Below the pieces are notes generated by a model. That model saw nothing but the letters and a program-made list of their open reading frames with translations. It did not search any database and was not told where the DNA came from. The translations under genes and the position numbers were made by a program. From the NCBI GenBank assembly GCA_973895155.1, contig OZ316895.1, positions 13,193,186-13,257,185 on the forward strand: a DNA stretch of 64,000 nucleotides. The letters run 5' to 3'. Positions 36,440-49,420 of this stretch are shown piece after piece (the stretch's first letter is position 1; each line of letters begins with the position of its first letter). The stretch comes from Marsupella aquatica. Its lineage: Eukaryota > Plantae > Marchantiophyta.

Positions 36440-39400
36440 TCATCCCTGTCTTGATCTCGAATTCTTAAACCCCTTTCTCAGTTCTTTGCTTCTTGGCTCA
36501 TTTACCACCGAGAGTTTCTTCTTCGCTATGCCAACAACATGCGGATCGAACAAGCCGAAAATTTCCTCGCAGTCCACGTCCTCCAAGTCGACCTCCTAAC
36601 AAAAGATGCACCACGATGCCAAAAAATCCAATGCTAATATTAGTGCCGGATGGCCTTGATCAGTTTTTTTACACTAGCTGTTCGCTTGACATGTATACAA
36701 TTTTAAGAAATCTATAGAATGTCCTCTTGCTTCCTCCGTCTAGACTGAACCAATCCCGTGTATTGATTGTTATGAAATGATGCTTATACCTGCTTGCATG
36801 AGTTCCCGAGATCATGCAGTAAGACATACACTTTCGGAAGGTTATTATACCTGGAGGCAGGATGGAAGATCACGCGTAGCAGATCTGTTTGCCCCCACCA
36901 AGCTTAACAGACCTCCAATGAGATCATTCTTTGCTCTTACTGTCTCAACAAATATGAACGGCTGCATCAGAAACCAAACTTTGAGAATCTTGGCGATGCC
37001 GACACGTTGAAAGCAACCTATAAAGCACCTCTATGAGACTTTTGAACATCTTCGTTTGTTGTTGTACATTTTTTGTTTGAAATTCGCGTTAATTCCATGT
37101 AAATCCCTCGGATGAGGGATACTCGCAGGGCAAACAACCCCAGAGAGAACAAGGGCCCGGCACACCCAACAACAAGCCCAATGGGACCGGAGTATGCATA
37201 GAAAGTCAAAAACAGCAGAGAGAAACTGTCACGAACTCGAACAGACCACGGGGCCATCATAACACTAGGTCAGCACAGCACAATCAGGCCAACAGAATAG
37301 CTCATTCAGAAACCTACTCCAAACTCGATAAAACATTACATTAACTGACTTCCTTTAACCTTAAAAGACTCAGGAGGCTCAGGGATAGATCACTTCCAAA
37401 AGAGAAGCATCTGAACCGAAGGTGAAATTTGAGAGATTATTTTGAAGTCGGGAAAAGAATTTCAAACAAGGTTAACAATTGGACAATGCTCATTTAGTTC
37501 GTATATTTTGGCTGGGATTTTTCTTCTTGGGTGACAACTCTTTGTATATCATAGCTGTTGAGGTACAAGACTTGTCTACGTTAGTAATTTTACCGTTGCC
37601 GTCTTATTACCTTCGTTCAAAATTTGCATGAAAAATGATAGTTTTCAAGAATTCAATAGATTTGTATGCGCAATATGAGATAAGCAGATGTAAATAATTC
37701 TAAATCCTCTAGTATGGGGGGGAGTTGGAAAGTACCTTTCCAGGTTTGAGTACTCGTACTGCCTCGCGTAGGACATTGATAACTTCTTTGTCCGGAATGT
37801 CACGCAGACAGAGAACACTAACCTGCAGGGTTGAAGTCATATAAGAGACAATTCTGCATCATAAAGGTGCAAAGCTCTCGTAGGGGTTAAGGGCAGCTTC
37901 TCCTCGTTCACTGCTAGCTGTCACTTACACTGAATTAATAATAGCCCACTCTTGCAACTCATAAGTATCTGAAAGTCGAAGTACAAGTAACTTTATCAAA
38001 TTTGGTTCAGAGCACTAGAAGCCATTTACTCGCATTTTCTTTAAGCACTGCCAAAATTCAACGAGGTTCACTAGGACTGAACGAAAAGGCTTCCATTAAT
38101 AGTAACTTACCACGGCATCCATACTACTGGAGGGAACACCCAGTGAAGTTGGGCCATTTGTCTTTATTTCAATTGGAACTCCTGCACGAGTAGCTGCTCG
38201 ACGAGATACTCTGTCAGTTAGTTTTTTCCCAGTTGAGGAGAGTTGACAAGATAAATGTAGAGAGTCTCTCGCGTACTCTCCAGTGGGAACAACCATATGT
38301 GTGACCAGATCCACAAAAGGCCCACTTCCAAGTAGTTTTCCAGATCCACAATGACCAAGCTGCTAATGAACTGCAACTGCTGGGATAGATAGATACTTCT
38401 GAGGTTATTGGAAAAATGAGACATACTTCCGAGGTCATTGAAAGAAGACTTGCGCAGACGACAAGCTCAACTTCCTATGGTAGATAGCTTGTCACAGCTA
38501 TATGAGAATCATAGACTCGGTGAAGAGTGCCCATATTTACTGTTTTTGATTAGGATTGGACCCCGTGGAAGTACATTTGTCGACAACAATAGACTGTCTA
38601 CATTAATACGAAAGATGTGCCTGAGAATCTAGTAAGACTACCGCTTCACAAAGGTCAAATAAAGTCCTGAAAAAGGGATGCAAGAAGTCATCTAATGAGA
38701 TGGGAGAGAACAGCCAGACAGAACCTTGGTTTTCGAGAAGCTGCACATTCGGTGTTGAGCTGACGGCAACTACCTGGGCAATGTCAGCCGGATAGTAGTA
38801 TAGATTTTTTCCTCCACGTGTGTTCAATTCAGCAACCTTTGCACCTCCTTTCGGAACATGCCTGCCCAGCATTGCTGCTATAATGTACTGATGTCACAAA
38901 AGAAAACGATCACTGAGGATAGATATGTGACAGAAGGAGCCTATCATGTGTGTCCACAAGTGCATCAAATATTTCACAGACTCCAAAAACCAGAATCCAT
39001 CGGCACGCTTATATTTCATTAATTATTAGTAGAATTTGAAGAATTTTCTATAGCAACTAAATTGATATTGACGCTCTATTGATATGAAAAAGTATCCACA
39101 ATGCCACCAAGCTACGTCTGTGCCAACTGTTTTTAAACCTAACTACAAGGGTTGGAATTGTTCTGTCAAACGGTGCGAACAACGGCTTTCATGGCAGAGA
39201 CTGTCAATTACCTAGGCATTTGTACATGTGAACCGCATGTGAAGAAGAACGAGAAGCATCGAGAGCGGACTACGCCTGTGTTTCGAACTACGCAAGATGC
39301 TGTTCCTTTATTTACTTGCTATGGTGCATCAGTTTGGCGACTCGCAAATGTAGATGTCACATTTACTCTTCAGGTCAGGCGACATCCAGGGAGCGCAACC

Positions 39401-40541
39401 ATTTCGCATTAAATTTCTGGTAATGTCTCTGGTAATTAGCGTGGCCCGAGTTAAACACAGGCTAAGGTGCAGGATGCTGTGCAACAAGTGGACAGCCTCA
39501 CTCGGGTCAAAACTTATTTAGCATGTTTGGGATATCACGGTGCCAAAGCTACTCTAATTTTGAAAAAGAGGAAAGCTGTGAAGCTCGCTAGTAAGTACTG
39601 CAGGGTTTGCGGATTGAATACACCACCAAAGCTGAACTGTCGACCCACTCAAGCTTTGGGCTTCAATGGTATTATAGATCATACAGATCCTTCCCAAGGA
39701 GAAGGAAAACATGACCTCAGACAAGAGGTCCACTAAGACCTAAATGAGGAACAATTTCTCAAGGTGGAGTATTCATCCGTGGTTGCTAATGTTGGACAAT
39801 GCTGTGATCGTCTCCGCTATTACATTGTAAATAGTGGGACTGAGTGGTCCTACGACAATTGTGGTTTCATGCTATAAAAAGGATAGTGGGAGGAACACTC
39901 TCCATGGGGTGGTACCATATTCCACAAAATAGAAAACTTAACCCAACTTATTATATTGCCAACAAAAAGAGACAAGGCACGGGAGATGGAGATTAAATGA
40001 CTGACCTCCATGCGGAAGTAGACATAAGTTCGCAGTGCCACAAATCCCACCACAGTGGACAGAACTATCACAGTTGCTGGTGTCACCTCAAATCCCAGAG
40101 CTGCCATGGGAGTAAGTGCTCCCTTTTGTGTTCTGCAGCAGAAAACGTGATCACTTCAATGAAAATAATTTTATGCGTAAAAGTTCATCATGAATTTAGA
40201 CTGCGTTAATATATTTCCAAGATTTAATCCTCCTCCTGCAACAGCGCCGTAATTCTAGTGGAAACTAAATTGCAGGACAATCACCTGCACTTCAGAGGAG
40301 TTGATGCCCAGGAGAGAAGAGGTGGTGGCAAACGGTAGGCAGGATTCCGGACCCATAAAGGCGGACCAGCCCCACTTCTTCTTCCTCCTCTTGATGCCTG
40401 CAGCCTTGCAGTGGCTAGCTGAATAGCAGGTGGAGAGCACCGGGAAGGGAATGTCCCATAATTACAACAGTAAGTGAAGGGTGTGGGGTTTAGGGCCGAA
40501 TCACGCGAGGATGCCCATGTTTGAAGAGTGAGGTTCTTCAT
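36440..40541 (-). CDS. Class I SAM-dependent methyltransferase-fold protein (Methyltransf_11/METTL7-like) with N-terminal transit-like peptide and one hydrophobic helix; 7 exons, ~327 aa
   Basis: Exons assembled by hand with GT-AG sites and consistent phases: 40541-40285, 40132-40006, 38887-38725, 38193-38111, 37822-37736, 36961-36851, 36595-36440 (984 nt). The translation contains KVAELNTRGGKNLYYYP, SSSMDAVVSVLCL, VLREAVRVLKPGKPFIFVE and DPHVVGIAKK, typical methyltransferase type 11 motifs. Confidence 0.88.
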
Positions 40542-41201
40542 CTCTATCCGTGTATGCGTGTCTCCTCCAGCGTCACCAGCTGTGATTATCTACCCTTCAG
40601 GACCATCCTCACAGCAGCTGATCATTCTGCCTACTGTATCTCTTTCTCATTGCGATTCAGCAGCAGCTATTGCTCCTCTCACGGCCCAACCCTCTCCTCG
40701 ATGACAAATCGAAAGAATCTTCGCCATGGCCCAACGAAACGATTCATATTCGTCACTGGAACAACAAGTTAACGGATTCGGGTAGGTGGGTCATTGACAG
40801 CCCAGCTCATTCATCAAACTTCTGTACAATTCGGGAATTTCCTACCAGAGCTTCTAATTAGTTACTTCAACGTGTTTACTGGTCGAGCTCAAGTCTTGGG
40901 GTACGGTAAACCATGAAATTAGAGCATGCGAGAGGATACATAGAGTGCAATGAAATGGAAGGGTAGTCGAAAGGAATGATCGAGGTCACGAGATGAACAA
41001 AGTGGATAAAGATGACGCATATGACCCGTTCCCTACTGTCAAGTTATCTGCTTTCATTGAAACCTTCCACGTGTTCCCCTGTAAACGCTCGACCCATAAA
41101 CTTGGGTCTCATCTTCATCTACACTCCTGGGAAACTCATTTAGAATTTATTAGAATTGCACATCAAAATATGACATATACTATGTATTCACCCCTATACA
41201 A

Positions 41202-41328
41202 TGATAACCCCAGTTTTTTTCTTTCAATCAATAAATGCAGTCACATTTTGATGTGTGATTACCAGTGATAACCCTAGTTTTTTTCTTTCAATCAATGAAT
41301 GCAGTCACATTTTGATGTGTGATTACCA
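41202..41328 (+). repeat. ~64-bp tandem duplication
   Basis: TGATAACCC.AGTTTTTTTCTTTCAATCAAT.AATGCAGTCACATTTTGATGTGTGATTACCAG occurs twice. Confidence 0.9.
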
Positions 41329-42098
41329 GCAGGGTATTAGAACCCCTTCAATCATACTTGTACATGCTAGATTCTGTCATTGTGCTGGTTTCATTTTAGA
41401 TGACCTTCAATTTTTCAAAGAAGTCTTTTGTATGTGAAGGACATAGGAGGTGAAGCCCACTTTGGGAGGGAGATTTATGCAAAGATCTTTGTATTATCCT
41501 GTCCCCCAAACTGAGCTAAATTACTAACCTATCCCTAAAATTATTTTAATTGCTACGTTACCCCCAATATTGTATACATGGGTTACATTAACAGTTTTAG
41601 TTGACCCAGGGTGATTTCTCATTGGTGGACTAACATGTGGAGGCACTATTGGCTCCGCCTTACCCTGGTCGAGCTTACCCTCATCCAACTAGCTCTTTCC
41701 AATTTTTTGAACAAGCCTTGCACCAAACAGGGCTCCCCCTCGCAAGTTTCAATCCCAACCAGGATCCCAACCCTGACGACCTGGCTGGCTGGGAGTTGCA
41801 ATTTCCCTTAAAAAATGGGGTCCCACACTCCATAGGGGCCTGATGATCCTTGGGTCCCGAGGATCCACCCTACTCCCACTTTTCTGAAGGAAAAAGGCCC
41901 CAATAGTATATACAGTTTCCATATGTAAACAAACCCACATTTGGGCCTACCGCCTGTTTTGAGCTGGGTCATCTGGATTTAAAACCCGAGAGGGGGACGG
42001 GCCAGCCCTGTTTGGTACAGGGCTCATTCAAAAAATGGGAAGGAGCTGGCTGGGCAGTGAGGGTAAACTCTGCCAGGGTAACCTGGTGGAGCCAATAG

Positions 42099-42392
42099 TG
42101 TTGAGTATTATTCTTAGTCTTGTGACTCTAGAGCTAACCACAGTTAGGCTAACTCAAGTTAGGACTTAGCTTAGGTTAGCAGTGATGCATGCTGTATATA
42201 ACCAATGTTGTATATAACCAGGGCTAATGTCAGCCCCTGGTTTCATTGTTGGAGTGGAGCGAGAGAAGTAAAGGTCTCTTGCTTTCCCGTGGACGTAGCC
42301 TCAGTTGTGAGGTGAACACGTACTCGCTGTGTCGACTACTTGTATGGTGTTCACATGTGCATGGTGTTCTGGGATAAGGATTATCCCCAACA
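42099..42392 (+). repeat. 5' LTR of the copia element
   Basis: Starts TGTTGAGTATT, ends CCCCAACA, followed by the PBS; aligns with 48086-48396. Confidence 0.95.
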
Positions 42393-44149
42393 AGTGGTAT
42401 CAGAGCATGTCTGGGAGGTGACACTGTGGTGACAAGAATTTCTTGTGTAGTTGACAATTTGAAGATCCTGGGAGTATTCGTTGCATCAAACTTGTTGGTG
42501 GTGGGCTCATCCGATTGATCGTTGATAGGGATTTCTAACGGTGACTAGAAATCATCAATCGGATTTTTGAGTAAGGAGTAATCGCAGAAAACGTTTGTCT
42601 ATGGAGTTTCGTGTCAACGATATTTTTTGTGGGAGAGACCAGAGTTTGTTTTTGCAATGGTGTGAGTTGTGCAGTGTGAGAGGCGTCGCGTGTTATAGCT
42701 CAAGTTGAAGATTAAGGCGAGCTGGTCATTTTGATAGTTGAGTTGTTGCCGAGTGGTTACCGAGTGCGTCGTGATGATCAAAAGATGTGTTCAGGTTTTT
42801 TCATAGGCTATGGAGCTTGTTCCCATCTGAACCGTGTTTCTCGTCGTCACATCCAACTCAGAGGAAAAAGCGCAGAGTGTTAGAGATCGCGGCAAAGTGG
42901 TCATTTTGAGTCTAGGATTGGCACTTGATGCGGAGTGAGTGTGACATGGCGAAGTCGGTGGCGTTCACTTTTCTCGTTTAAATTGGCGACGACAAGGTGT
43001 GTAACCCGGGCATTTTTGTTTTTGGATGTAAGTTTTGCTTTAAGGGGGTGTTTTTTTGGTGTACACACCAAGACCCTCTCCATACCCCAACGTCCCCCCC
43101 TCCCTATACTATTCACAGCCGCGACCGCAGCCCAACATCGCAGCGCCGGCCGACGCTATTTACATCGTCGCGACCCTATTGCCGGTACTCCCTGCCCCGC
43201 CCCTACCCATTGTAACTCCCTCCCGACCGGCCGCTGCCTCGCGGCAACGGCTTTGCAACCCCCGGCCCGACTCTGCCTATGCACGGTGGCTGTCGCTTGT
43301 ACGCGGCCCCATCGTGCCTCCCTCCCCGCTTGTGTTTACCCCCGCACGTACCCTGTATGCGGCCCTTCCTACGTGTACCCCTGCCAGTCCCGACACGCAT
43401 CGCGCATACGCGTGTGCATATTTTTAAATAGTATTTTCAAAGACGGGATTTTTTAAATAGTATTTGCAAACACCCCCTTTAAGACCATTTTTGGGTCTTT
43501 TCTTCTCTTCTATTGGCTATCTCGGGCCCGGTGACCCTTCGTTTTAATTGCTCCAACAGGGGAACGACCCCCTGCCTACTCTATTGTGCGGGAAATATTC
43601 CAAAAAACAAAGAGCATGTTTTTGGCCATTAGTCAAAGATTCCAAGGTCCAAACAAAAAAATTGGATATTTTTTGGCAAGGTCGTAGCCACTAAAGTTAG
43701 CAATGCGGCGCACCAATCGAATCATAATTCCAACGATGAGTTGTACTTGGAATTTTGATTATTCCTTGAGGTGGTCAAAACAGGGGAGTTTCCCAAAGTT
43801 TTATCCACCCCGACCAAAATTTGAATAACTTTTTTGTCGGATTTTGGTTTCAATTTTGGTTTTTAGTGTTGGACTCCTAGCTTTGTGGACTACGTGGCGC
43901 TGTTTAGTTTTGAGTTTTCTGAGAAGTTGCAAAAAACAATATTCTTTTGTGATTTTCTCACATGAGTGACTCGGAGGAGACTGGGAGAATCAACATTGGT
44001 GAAGCTTCAGATTTTCATCGGTCAGACCGTAGTGTTTGAGGAAGAGCTTATACCGTTTGAGAAGGAAGGAGTGTCACTAGTACAATCACCGATGCAGCAA
44101 GTGGAGGAAGTAGTCATACTACCGTCCAAACCTAACGGTAGTTATGAAG

Positions 44150-47100
44150 GCTGACATCCAGGTTTGGAGGTGTCAAGTTTGAGGTGGAAAATATGATGGG
44201 CGTACAGACTACTTGTTCTAGGATAAGCAAGTGAAAGGAGTTCTTATTGCTATGGACCTAGATCATCTTCTCTCTATGCAAGAGATGTACAACGGTGAAG
44301 AGGAGATTTCACTAAAGAGGTGGAGACAGGAACAAGTGATTGCAGTGAATGCGATGATGCTTTATCTGAAACAATATATCATCAAGAAGTTGGATGACTA
44401 TGAGGATTGTACATCTGTGTTCAAAGCCCTAAGGGAGAAGTACTATCGGGAGGATGCCTCAAACCGATTGTACAAGAAGTCTCTCTTAATGAGCTGAGAC
44501 TCAAAGAGAGGAACAAGCTTTAGGATCACTTGGATGAATTTGATAGCCTAGCTGTTGACTTGTATAATCTTGGTAAAAGCATTGAAGAAGAGGACAAGGC
44601 CTTGCTTATTCTCAGCTCTTTACCCCCATCTTATTAGGGTTGTTAATGGTGTCCTTCCGATTTCAACTAGTACTAAAGTTGTTTTGAAGAGAAAAAGACA
44701 TATTAATCTATACGTTTTGGAGAGCAATGTAGTTTATGATGAAACCAATGTAACCTTATCTCATGAGGAGACGGCCCGACTGTGGCACTTCAAATTGGGT
44801 CACATGAGTGAAAAAAATTTGACTGTTCTTAAAAAAATTTTAAAAATTCTAATTTGCAGTCTTGTACGTTAGATTTTTTGGAGTATTGTGTGCTTAGAAA
44901 ACAACACAGAAAACCCTTCGAAGTTGGAACTCACACCAGCAATGAGATACTTGAGTATGTACATAGTGATGTATGGAGACCAGTCCTACTCCCTCACATT
45001 CTGGAAGAGTTTACTATGTCACCTTCATTGACGATTACTCAAGATATGTGTGGATATACTTTCTACACAATAAGTCTGGTATTTTTGCCACTTTTAAGGA
45101 GTGGAAAGCCCAAATTGAGAATCAGACTGGTAACAAGGTGAGATATCTTCGATCAGATAATGGTGGTGAATACAGTTCTAGTAAATTTAGAACATATTGT
45201 AAGGAGCAAGGGATTACACGCTATCTCACAACAAGTTATACTCCTAGTAGAATGGTGTTTCTCAGAGGCTCAACCAAAAACTTTTGGAGCACTTGAGAAG
45301 TATGTTGAGCCAATCATGCTTACCACATGAATTTTGGGCAGAAGCTATCAATATTTGTAGCTTATTTGGTAAAATTATTTCCATCCAGTGCAATTGGATT
45401 CAAGACGCCTTTTGAAATCAGGTACGAGCGTCAAGCGGATTGTTCACATTTGAAGGTTTTGGGATGTGACGCTTATGTGCTTACACCCCCGCTTACACCT
45501 TCCCAACTTCAGTCTAAGTTGGAGTCCAAGTCAAGGAAGTGCATATTCCTTGGATATCAAAAAGGTATAAAAGGTTATAGGTCATGGGATCCAATAACCT
45601 CTAAGTTAATTGTTAGTAGAGATGTTTCATTTAATGAATCCAGATCATTAAAGGAGGGGGAGAGTTCTCAGGGCTCCCATATTGACAAGGGAAAATCTCT
45701 TATATCGGACCCGATTGGGGGGAAGATAAGTCATGATGATGTTCATGACAAGAGAGAAAGAGATGCTCCAAGTATGGAGCTAGTTCTTGTGATAAAACAA
45801 TTAGAGGAGCAGATTGATGTTGGTGTACCTCGAATTCAGCCAACAACAATAGAAGATCAGCCTAAATCATTTACTAGAAGAACTTCCAGTTGTTCTACTA
45901 GAGCTCCTATCATATGGACAATGGGCATATTCATCTAAACTAAATGATGTTGACATTGCGTTTGACGATATCATATGGATTTGATCTTGGAAGGAGAGCC
46001 TTCTTCGTATCATGAGGCAAGTGCTTCAAAGTAGAAGCAGGAGTGGACTCCAGCAATGCAAACAAAGATGCAGTCACTGAAGGACAACAACACTTGGGAG
46101 TTGGTCAAGCTTCTTGAAGGCCAGCAAGTGGATTTACAAGCTGAAGGATCAATCCATGGGAGGTGGATCGAAGGTCTACAAGGCTAGGTTGGTAGCCAAG
46201 GGATTCACATAGGAAGATGTGGATTACAATGAGGTCTTCTCACCAGTTGCTAAGTACTCTACAATACGGCTATTATCTGTACTTGTTTTATTTGGTTTGC
46301 TGTTAGATTAGATGGATGTTGTCACAACTTTCCCTATATGGCACCTTGGAAGAGGTGATCTTTATGAGACAGCCGGTGGATGGCAAGATTGAGGGGTACC
46401 AAAGGAGGCAATCAGGACTTAGAACGACCACTTTTAAAGGACTGAAGGAAAGGATTGAAAATGTCATTAAAATATGGTTGAATACCCTACCCAATAGGTT
46501 GGACACACTTTCACAAGGTGGGGGGCACTTCCAACAATGTTGTACACACTTCCAAAGACTTGGCATGCAAGATCTAAACTTTAAATCTTTCCCAAGCAAT
46601 CCTAACCATTCCATGTCATATTTTGATCATTATGGAATATTCTTGGAATATGGACAAGGAGTATGTCCTTTTTGTGGAAAAAATAGGAGAAAATGAAACC
46701 AGTCGCTAGGTTTTGTGAAGAAAGGGCAAGAGGATTTGGTTTGCAAATTGCTGAGATCCTTATATGGATTGAAGCAGTCACCAAGGTAGTGGTATAAGCG
46801 GTTTGACAATTGGGTCGGTGCACAAGGTTTTCATAGGAGTGTGTTTGATCCTTGTGCGTATCTTCAACCAATGAAGAATGTTATCTTTGGTTTCATTATT
46901 TTAGTATTTTATGTGGATGACATGTTTATTGTGGCCAAGGATGAATCTGAGATTGTGAAGCTCAAGGCACTGCTCAGTGTAGAGTTTAAGATGAAGGACT
47001 TAGGGCCAGCCAAGAGGATTTTGGGTATGGAGATCACTAGGGACTTGGAGGCTGGTAAGCTATGGTTGACGCAAAGCAATTATGCAAGGAAGGAAATTGC

Positions 47101-47883
47101 AAGGCTCAACATGGGGATAGCAAGCCAATAAGTACCCCGTTGGCTCCACACTTCAAGTTGTCATCAACTTTCTGTCCTATAGATGAGACAGAGAAGGGGC
47201 TGATGTCAAAGGTTCCTTATGACAAGGGCAGTGGGGCGTCTCATGTATTTGATGACTTGCACTAGACCTGATCTTGTCATGGCTATGGGTAAGGTGAGCA
47301 GGTACATGTCGAATCCAGGGAAGATACACTGAGAAACAATGAAGTGGATTTTTTGGCACTTGAAGTGTATCGTGGATCGTGGTCTTTTGTTGATGCACAT
47401 GCTGATAATGCGAGATCATTGATGGATTATGTAGATCCTGACTATGCATAGGATCTAGATCGGAGGAGATCAATAACTGGGTATGTGTTCACACTTGGCG
47501 GTGGATGCATAATTTGGAAGTCTACTTTGCATAAATGTATTGCTCAGTCTACTACAGAAGCTGAGACTTATGTTGCAGCTAAGGAAGCTATTTGGTTGGA
47601 TAGACTTATCACTAAGATGAGATTGCCACAAGGGAATGTGAAGCTCCATTGTGATAGTCAGAGTGCTCTTCACCTTGCTGTGAACCAAGTGATGGCCAAC
47701 AAAGTGAAGCACATCGACGTCAGGTACCATTCCATCAGGCAGGGTGTGTCTAATAATCAGTTTGAGCTAGTCAAGATTGACAATAAACTCAACCCGGCTG
47801 ACGCTTTTACCAAAGTGATTCCTTTGGAGAGTTTCTCAAGACATCGTGCTACTTTGCAGGTTTTGCACTTGAAGCACAAGTAG
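44150..47883 (+). pseudogene. Disrupted copia gag-pol polyprotein
   Basis: Fragments in several frames: gag (FKALREKYYREDASNRLY), pre-integrase (LWHFKLGHMSE), integrase (FIDDYSR, LRSDNGGEY, SRKCIFLGY), RT (YKARLVAKGF, YVDDM, MKDLGPAKRILGMEI), RNase H (STTEAE, CDSQSA, KHIDVRYH, NPADAFTK). Many stops and frameshifts. Confidence 0.93.
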
Positions 47884-48085
47884 AGCTACTTAACAGTGTT
47901 TTGTGACTTATTGTATATGGATTCCTCGATCTTGTTAGGCTACGGCTTAATTCTAGTTAACCCTTAGTTAACCCATGGTGGTGTTTAGGGGGAGACCTAT
48001 TTAGGTGATTGTCTAGAATTTCTTGTTGAGGATGCCATATGGTAGCAATTAGTCCAGTCCCCAAGACTAGAGTCAAGGGGGAGTT

Positions 48086-48396
48086 TGTTGAGTATTGCTC
48101 TTAGTCTTGTGACTCTATCGCTAACCACAGTTAGGGTAACTCAGGTTAGGACTTAGCTTAGGTTAGCAGTGATGCATGTTGTATATAACCAGGGCTGATG
48201 CCAGCCCCTAGTGGATCTTCAGTTCATTGTTGGAGTGGAGCAAGAGAGAAGTAAAGGTCTCTTGCTTTCCCGTGGACGTAGCCTTAGTCGTGAGGTGAAC
48301 CACGTACCACGTACTCGCTATGTCGACTACTTTGTATGGTGTTCACATGTGCATGGTGTCTCGGGATAAGCCCGGGGATAAGGATTATCCCCAACA
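48086..48396 (+). repeat. 3' LTR of the copia element
   Basis: Preceded by the PPT, followed by TSD AATAG; differs from the 5' LTR by substitutions and small indels. Confidence 0.95.
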
Positions 48397-48699
48397 AATA
48401 GTGCCTTGCCATATGTTAGTCCACCAATGAGAAATCACTATGGGTTAACTAAAATTGTTAATGTAACCCATGTATACAAAGTTGGGGGTGGGGGCAACTA
48501 GCAATTAAAATAATTTTGGGGTAAGGTTAGTAACAAGCTGTTTATGCAAAATCTGGTCGACTCATGAAACTTGAACTCATAACCTCACTTGGCATGATGG
48601 AACTATACACTTTTGTCTATCCATGCACCATGAGAAACATTCAGAAATGTGAAGATGTACACCCTCCTGTCTTCACCTTTTGTGTGCTAATAATGGGCA

Positions 48700-49420
48700 A
48701 CACACCATGATCGTTGAAAGTTCTAAAAATGCAGTGTTACCACACACTTGAACAAATCAATGCCAAGTACTTCTTTTTTCTACACAGGATGCCACTGCTT
48801 GACTTGCAGGACAATACAATCTGCAGACTATTAGTTTTTGTAAGACTTAATATTTTATTAAATGATGTAATGAGCTCAGCTTAAACTGTTTTGATGCAAT
48901 CTATGAAGTTCAAGCTACCAATTGAAAACAGTGGGACTTTTTGGACATATCCAACACTCAGTCCTATATCCTCAAAATTCACTTTGTCACAAACCACAAT
49001 CTACACTTGGGCACTTTTCTTTTGTCATTTGTCAGCTTAAATGTATTCAATAGCCAGTCCGTCAGGTTTTGAAATCACCCAAATGCAAGAACCAAATTCA
49101 TGGCTTGCAAAACAAATGACTACAAAGAAATGTTTGTGCAAAGGTGAATTTTGAGGATATATGATTTTGAGGATTGACTCTTGGAGATATCCAAAAAGTC
49201 TCAACTTTTTCAATAGGTAGTTTGAACTTCATACTAAACAACTTTCAGGTCAAAAGGAGTTCTTTCCCACCTCCAAAAAAATATTAAGTTTTACAAAAAT
49301 ATTAGCATTATGCAGATTGCATTGTGCCCTGAGTCGGGCAGTGTTGCGCTGTGTAGTGGAGTACTCGACATAGACTGCATAAAAGTGTGTCATATTTTAA
49401 TAACCATTGATGGTTCACCG
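48700..49420. mobile_element. Foldback/MITE with long imperfect inverted repeats
   Basis: TATGAAGTTCAAGCTACC / GGTAGTTTGAACTTCATA, TATATCCTCAAAATTCAC / GTGAATTTTGAGGATATA and CAATCTGCA / TGCAGATTG pair symmetrically about ~49060. Confidence 0.75.

Larger units (their letters stand above)
42099..48396 (+). mobile_element. Ty1/copia LTR retrotransposon, structurally complete but coding-degenerate
   Basis: TG...CA LTRs at 42099-42392 and 48086-48396; TSD AATAG at 42094-42098 and 48397-48401; tRNA-iMet PBS TGGTATCAGAGC at 42395-42406; PPT AAGGGGGAG just before the 3' LTR. Copia domain order gag, integrase, RT, RNase H. Confidence 0.97.
41520..48535. mobile_element. Foldback/MITE-like element with long inverted repeats, interrupted by the copia insertion
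   Basis: 41520-41740 is the reverse complement of ~42000-42098 joined to 48402-48535. Examples: TTGTATACATGGGTTACATTAACA / TGTTAATGTAACCCATGTATACAA and GTGATTTCTCATTGGTGGACTAACAT / ATGTTAGTCCACCAATGAGAAATCAC. Confidence 0.85.

Noticed and set aside
39553-39597. Possible 45-nt in-frame cassette exon (YLLASFTAFLFFKIR) in intron 2 of the methyltransferase gene
   Set aside because: Weak donor (GTAGCT), and the protein reads naturally without it (FRME/YIIAAMLGRH); not supportable without RNA data.
42935-43456. 173-aa and 123-aa ORFs in the copia leader
   Set aside because: They arise from the GC-rich nested insert and have no protein-like features.
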